Source: Candidatus Doudnabacteria bacterium Gr01-1014_77 (GTDB lineage Bacteria; Patescibacteriota; Doudnabacteria; UBA920; VMFF01). Taken from it: a DNA stretch of 26,672 nucleotides. The notes beneath the pieces are model-generated. The model saw nothing but the letters and a program-made list of their open reading frames with translations, had not been told where the DNA came from and did not search any database. The translations under genes and the position numbers were made by a program. Of the stretch, positions 23,628 through 26,672 are shown in pieces. Where the stretch lies: positions 1 through 26,672 of the forward strand of contig VMFF01000002.1 in NCBI GenBank assembly GCA_007375915.1, in the 5' to 3' direction. The first letter of the stretch is position 1; each line of letters opens with the position of its first letter.

Positions 23628-24296
23628 CTACCTGCTCAGCTTATACCCAATATTATTCACTGTTTGGATCGTATGTATCCCAAATGGCTTATCAACCTTG
23701 TCTCTTAGATTGTGGACGTGCACATCGACAACATTAGTGAATCGTTCAGTGTTTGGTCCCCACGCATAACTTAAGATCATCTCTCTTGTTAAAACCTGTT
23801 CTGCATGTCTCATCATATATTCTAGTATTTTGATTTCTTTGTCCCTGAGTCGTATTTTGTTGCCTTGTCTTTCAACAGAGTGTCTTTTTAAGTCTAATCG
23901 AAGATCATCATACGAAAGGATTGTTCCAAACTCAATTCGTTGTTTTCTTAATGCTGCCTTTATTCTTGCAAAAAGTTCTGCTAGTTCAAATGGCTTAGTT
24001 ATATAGTCATCAGCTCCTACATCTAAGAGTTTAACCTTGTTTTCATAATCATTTATTGCAGAGAGAACAATAATGGGTAAATCAAAGCTTGCATTGCGTA
24101 GTTGCAAGCATATTTCGTCTCCATTTTTATCCGGCAGCTTATAATCCAGGATTATTAGGTCATATTTATTTGCAACTGCCATTCGTAGTCCTGCATTACC
24201 GCATCTCGCTATATCAACGGTTATTCTTTCGTATTTAAGTGCAGAGGAAATGATTTTTGCAATAGCTAGCTCATCTTCGATCAGCAAAATCTTCAT
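23628..24296 (-). CDS. OmpR/PhoB-family response regulator
   Basis: LLIEDE, LIILD (phospho-Asp), GADDYITKPF and NVVDVHVHNLRDK. Confidence 0.96.
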   Translation of the reverse strand: MKILLIEDELAIAKIISSALKYERITVDIARCGNAGLRMAVANKYDLIILDYKLPDKNGDEICLQLRNASFDLPIIVLSAINDYENKVKLLDVGADDYITKPFELAELFARIKAALRKQRIEFGTILSYDDLRLDLKRHSVERQGNKIRLRDKEIKILEYMMRHAEQVLTREMILSYAWGPNTERFTNVVDVHVHNLRDKVDKPFGIHTIQTVNNIGYKLSR

Positions 24297-24353
24297 ACCT
24301 GAATATTAAAAGAAAACCTTTTCGTTAGTCAAAAAGTTTAATAATTTTTTAAT

Positions 24354-25622
24354 CTATATGATGATCTGGCCGTACCTAAGTTCTGATAAAGTTTTTATAA
24401 CTTCTGAATAATTTTCTTCTTTGTTTTTTTCGCTAGGAGCATTCCCTTTAGCCATAAATGGGGGATATGGAGCCCCATCAATTGTTGTCTTTATATAAAA
24501 CTCTCTAAGAGGAACATTTTGTAGATCGTTTTCATCTAATGGCTGCATTTCTTTTTTTAAGAAGTCTGCATCCTGTGCTCCAATTTGAAAAGTAATTAAT
24601 GTACCTATGTTTCCAAGCACAGCATTTCTAATGTTTTCTGGGAGTTGAGCTATGTATTGGTTTGTTAGATGAACACTTAAAGCATACTTCCTTGATTCGG
24701 AAAGCATTGAGATAAAAGCATCGGTTAATAGGTTTTGAAACTCATCAACATATAGATAGAAAGGATGGCGTTTTTCCTGCTCAATATGTGCTCTTTTGAG
24801 GACTGCTAATTGAAGTTTTGTCATTAAGATTAAACCAAGCATCTGAGCATTAACTTCACCGATTTTTCCTTTAGAAAGGTTAATTAATAGGATCTTTTCC
24901 CCATCAATGATTTCTTGAATGTTAAATGAACTCTTTTTTTGACCAATGATATTCTTCATCATTGTGTTAGTCATGAATCTTCCAAACTTTGAGGTAAAGT
25001 AGTTCAACATCTCTGAACGATGGAATTCTGCTGTTTTAGCCATTTGTTTTTCCCAGAACTCTTGAACAATCGGATCTTTAAGAAACTTTCTTTTGCTCAT
25101 TTCAAAGTTTTTGTCTACGAACAAACGTGGTATTTCTAAAAGAGTTCCGCCTTCAGGATCAGCCATAACTGTTAAGGCTGCATTTCTCATCCAGTGTTCA
25201 AACTGAGGACCAATAACTCCAGTTTGATCAGGATCAAAGATTTTGTAGAAGATTTGGATAGCTTCAGAAACAAGGAAGTCTTTGTCTGATTCATCTTTCC
25301 ATTCAAGAAGGTTTAAACCAACAGGGAAGTCAGTGTTTGCAGGATCAAACAAAACAACGTCATCAATTCTGTTTTTAGGAATTCTTTGTAGTATGAAGTC
25401 TATTGCTTCACCATGCGGATCAACAAAACAAACTCCACGACCAGCTTTAATGTCTTGTAACACCATGTTCTGATAGAGAGTTGTTTTTCCTGTCCCTGTT
25501 TTTCCTATCATATACATATGTCTAAAACGATCAGCTTTTTTCATACCAATGATTCTGGTTGTTTCTCGGTGTTTGCTTGTCCCTATCTCAATCTCGTATG
25601 GTTGTTTGTTTTCTGTAGACAT
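24354..25622 (-). CDS. Type IV coupling-protein-like (TraD/VirD4/HerA-FtsK) ATPase, soluble
   Basis: Walker A GKTGTGKT, FVDPHG, Walker B LYVDEFQ, SESRKY.L...LTNQY and LGNIGTLI.F. Confidence 0.88.
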   Translation of the reverse strand: MSTENKQPYEIEIGTSKHRETTRIIGMKKADRFRHMYMIGKTGTGKTTLYQNMVLQDIKAGRGVCFVDPHGEAIDFILQRIPKNRIDDVVLFDPANTDFPVGLNLLEWKDESDKDFLVSEAIQIFYKIFDPDQTGVIGPQFEHWMRNAALTVMADPEGGTLLEIPRLFVDKNFEMSKRKFLKDPIVQEFWEKQMAKTAEFHRSEMLNYFTSKFGRFMTNTMMKNIIGQKKSSFNIQEIIDGEKILLINLSKGKIGEVNAQMLGLILMTKLQLAVLKRAHIEQEKRHPFYLYVDEFQNLLTDAFISMLSESRKYALSVHLTNQYIAQLPENIRNAVLGNIGTLITFQIGAQDADFLKKEMQPLDENDLQNVPLREFYIKTTIDGAPYPPFMAKGNAPSEKNKEENYSEVIKTLSELRYGQIII

Positions 25623-25625
25623 ATA

Positions 25626-25952
25626 TTAATCAATCCTAATGCTTCTTGGTTTCATTAATTGTAGTTCAAAAAACGCTTTTGGAAGGCTTTGCTCTTGGTT
25701 CTGTATTTGAGCCTGTTTTTGTTTAACTGTTATGGTTTTGTTTAATGCCTGGCTTTCAGAGTGTAGTTTTTCAGCAATAAGGTTGTATGTTTTTAGAGGG
25801 ATGAATTGTTTTATGTTTTCAAGCTTTTCAAGGCGGATTTTAATTAGCCTTTGGTATTTGTTCGCATCAAAGCTGGTAGAATGTGCTTCTACGTGTTCGT
25901 TGTTGTTTTCCTGTTTTTGTTCAGGTTCTTTTAGTAGTTCTTCTTGTGTCAT
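25626..25952 (-). CDS. Hypothetical protein, 108 aa
   Basis: Tightly packed ORF between the Clp ATPase and the coupling-protein gene, with gaps of 1 and 3 nt. Confidence 0.7.
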   Translation of the reverse strand: MTQEELLKEPEQKQENNNEHVEAHSTSFDANKYQRLIKIRLEKLENIKQFIPLKTYNLIAEKLHSESQALNKTITVKQKQAQIQNQEQSLPKAFFELQLMKPRSIRID

Positions 25953-25953
25953 A

Positions 25954-26672
25954 TTATTCTAGTAATTTCATTGCGATTAAGCTTTCACAAGTTTGTTCAA
26001 CAAAACGTTTAACGGGACGTGCGCCAAAGCGCAAATCATTGATGCTTTGTATCTTCTCTTTTAATATCTCAGGGTCGATATTGAATCGAATATTGTGTTC
26101 TTTTACTCTCTCCTCAATTTTTTTAATTTCCAATTCAGCTATTTCTACAAGTTTGTCTATGCTTAAAGGATTGAAAACAACTATTGCATCAAAGCGATTT
26201 AAAAACTCTGTTCTAAAGTTTTTCATCAAGATTGGCATTAGAGTTTTTTCCATGAAAGAAGCAGAAGAAACATCAACGCCCTTTTTAAAAGCCTGAACTA
26301 TTTCTTCAATACCAAGGTTTGAAGTAGCTATTACTATTGAGTTTGTGAAGTTAACTGTTTTTCCTTGCCCATCTGTTAATCTTCCATCGTCAAACACCTG
26401 AAGGAATATATCAAAGATTTTAGGATGTGCTTTCTCTATTTCATCAAGAAGAATTAAGGAATATGGTTGTTCTGATATAGCGTTTGTTAGCTGTCCGCCT
26501 GTTTCAAAACCTATGTATCCAGGAGGCGCTCCTATCAATCTTTGAACAGTGTGTTGTTCGCTAAACTCTGACATGTCTATTCTTGTGAAAGAGCGTTCTG
26601 AACCATACACGGTTTTTGCTAATACTTTGCATGTTTCTGTTTTTCCAACTCCTGATGGTCCTAAGAACAGAA
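25954..26672 (-). CDS. ClpA/B/C-family AAA+ ATPase; C-terminal NBD2 only, starts outside the window
   Basis: Reading extends past the track start as LFLGPSGVGKTETCK...RIDMSEF...LIGAPPGYIG...GGQLT...LLDEIEKAHP...DDGRLTD...EFLNRFD...FGARP. Confidence 0.95.
   Translation of the reverse strand, partial: LFLGPSGVGKTETCKVLAKTVYGSERSFTRIDMSEFSEQHTVQRLIGAPPGYIGFETGGQLTNAISEQPYSLILLDEIEKAHPKIFDIFLQVFDDGRLTDGQGKTVNFTNSIVIATSNLGIEEIVQAFKKGVDVSSASFMEKTLMPILMKNFRTEFLNRFDAIVVFNPLSIDKLVEIAELEIKKIEERVKEHNIRFNIDPEILKEKIQSINDLRFGARPVKRFVEQTCESLIAMKLLE

Noticed and set aside
24354-24385. Possible frameshift shortening the coupling-protein C-terminus (YGQIII-stop versus YGRSSYRLKNY in another frame)
   Set aside because: All ATPase motifs are intact and only about 10 residues are affected. 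This cannot be judged without an alignment or reads.

Overview
An AT-rich chromosomal window from a small-genome bacterium. The gene content and style suggest Patescibacteria/CPR, which is an inference and not a database result. The housekeeping backbone comprises a partial RelA/SpoT homologue, rpmF-nusB, HU, five tRNAs (Pro-TGG, Gly-TCC, Arg-TCG, Lys-CTT, His-GTG), holA, typA, dsbB-dsbA, a 1337-aa S-layer-like surface protein, and a partial Clp ATPase followed by a coupling-protein-like ATPase and a response regulator. The unexplained structure falls into four groups. (1) Four isolated GC-rich single-gene cassettes (2.1-2.3, 3.2-3.56, 13.4-14.8 and 19.4-20.2 kb), each with a strong Shine-Dalgarno site and its own GC-rich hairpin; two clearly sit behind AT-rich host-style promoters, and the UbiA cassette is bracketed by a 27-bp direct repeat. 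(2) An HTH plus LAGLIDADG-like ORF wedged between tRNA-Pro and tRNA-Gly, with its last codons and stop lying inside tRNA-Gly. (3) A promoter-to-terminator candidate ncRNA at about 6609-6777 containing two different 7-bp stems that share the identical loop UUGUACC. (4) Further structured leaders or sRNA candidates at 3188-3307, 3672-3768, 6820-7073 and 18716-18792. All family assignments come from recognising motifs by eye; no searches were run.
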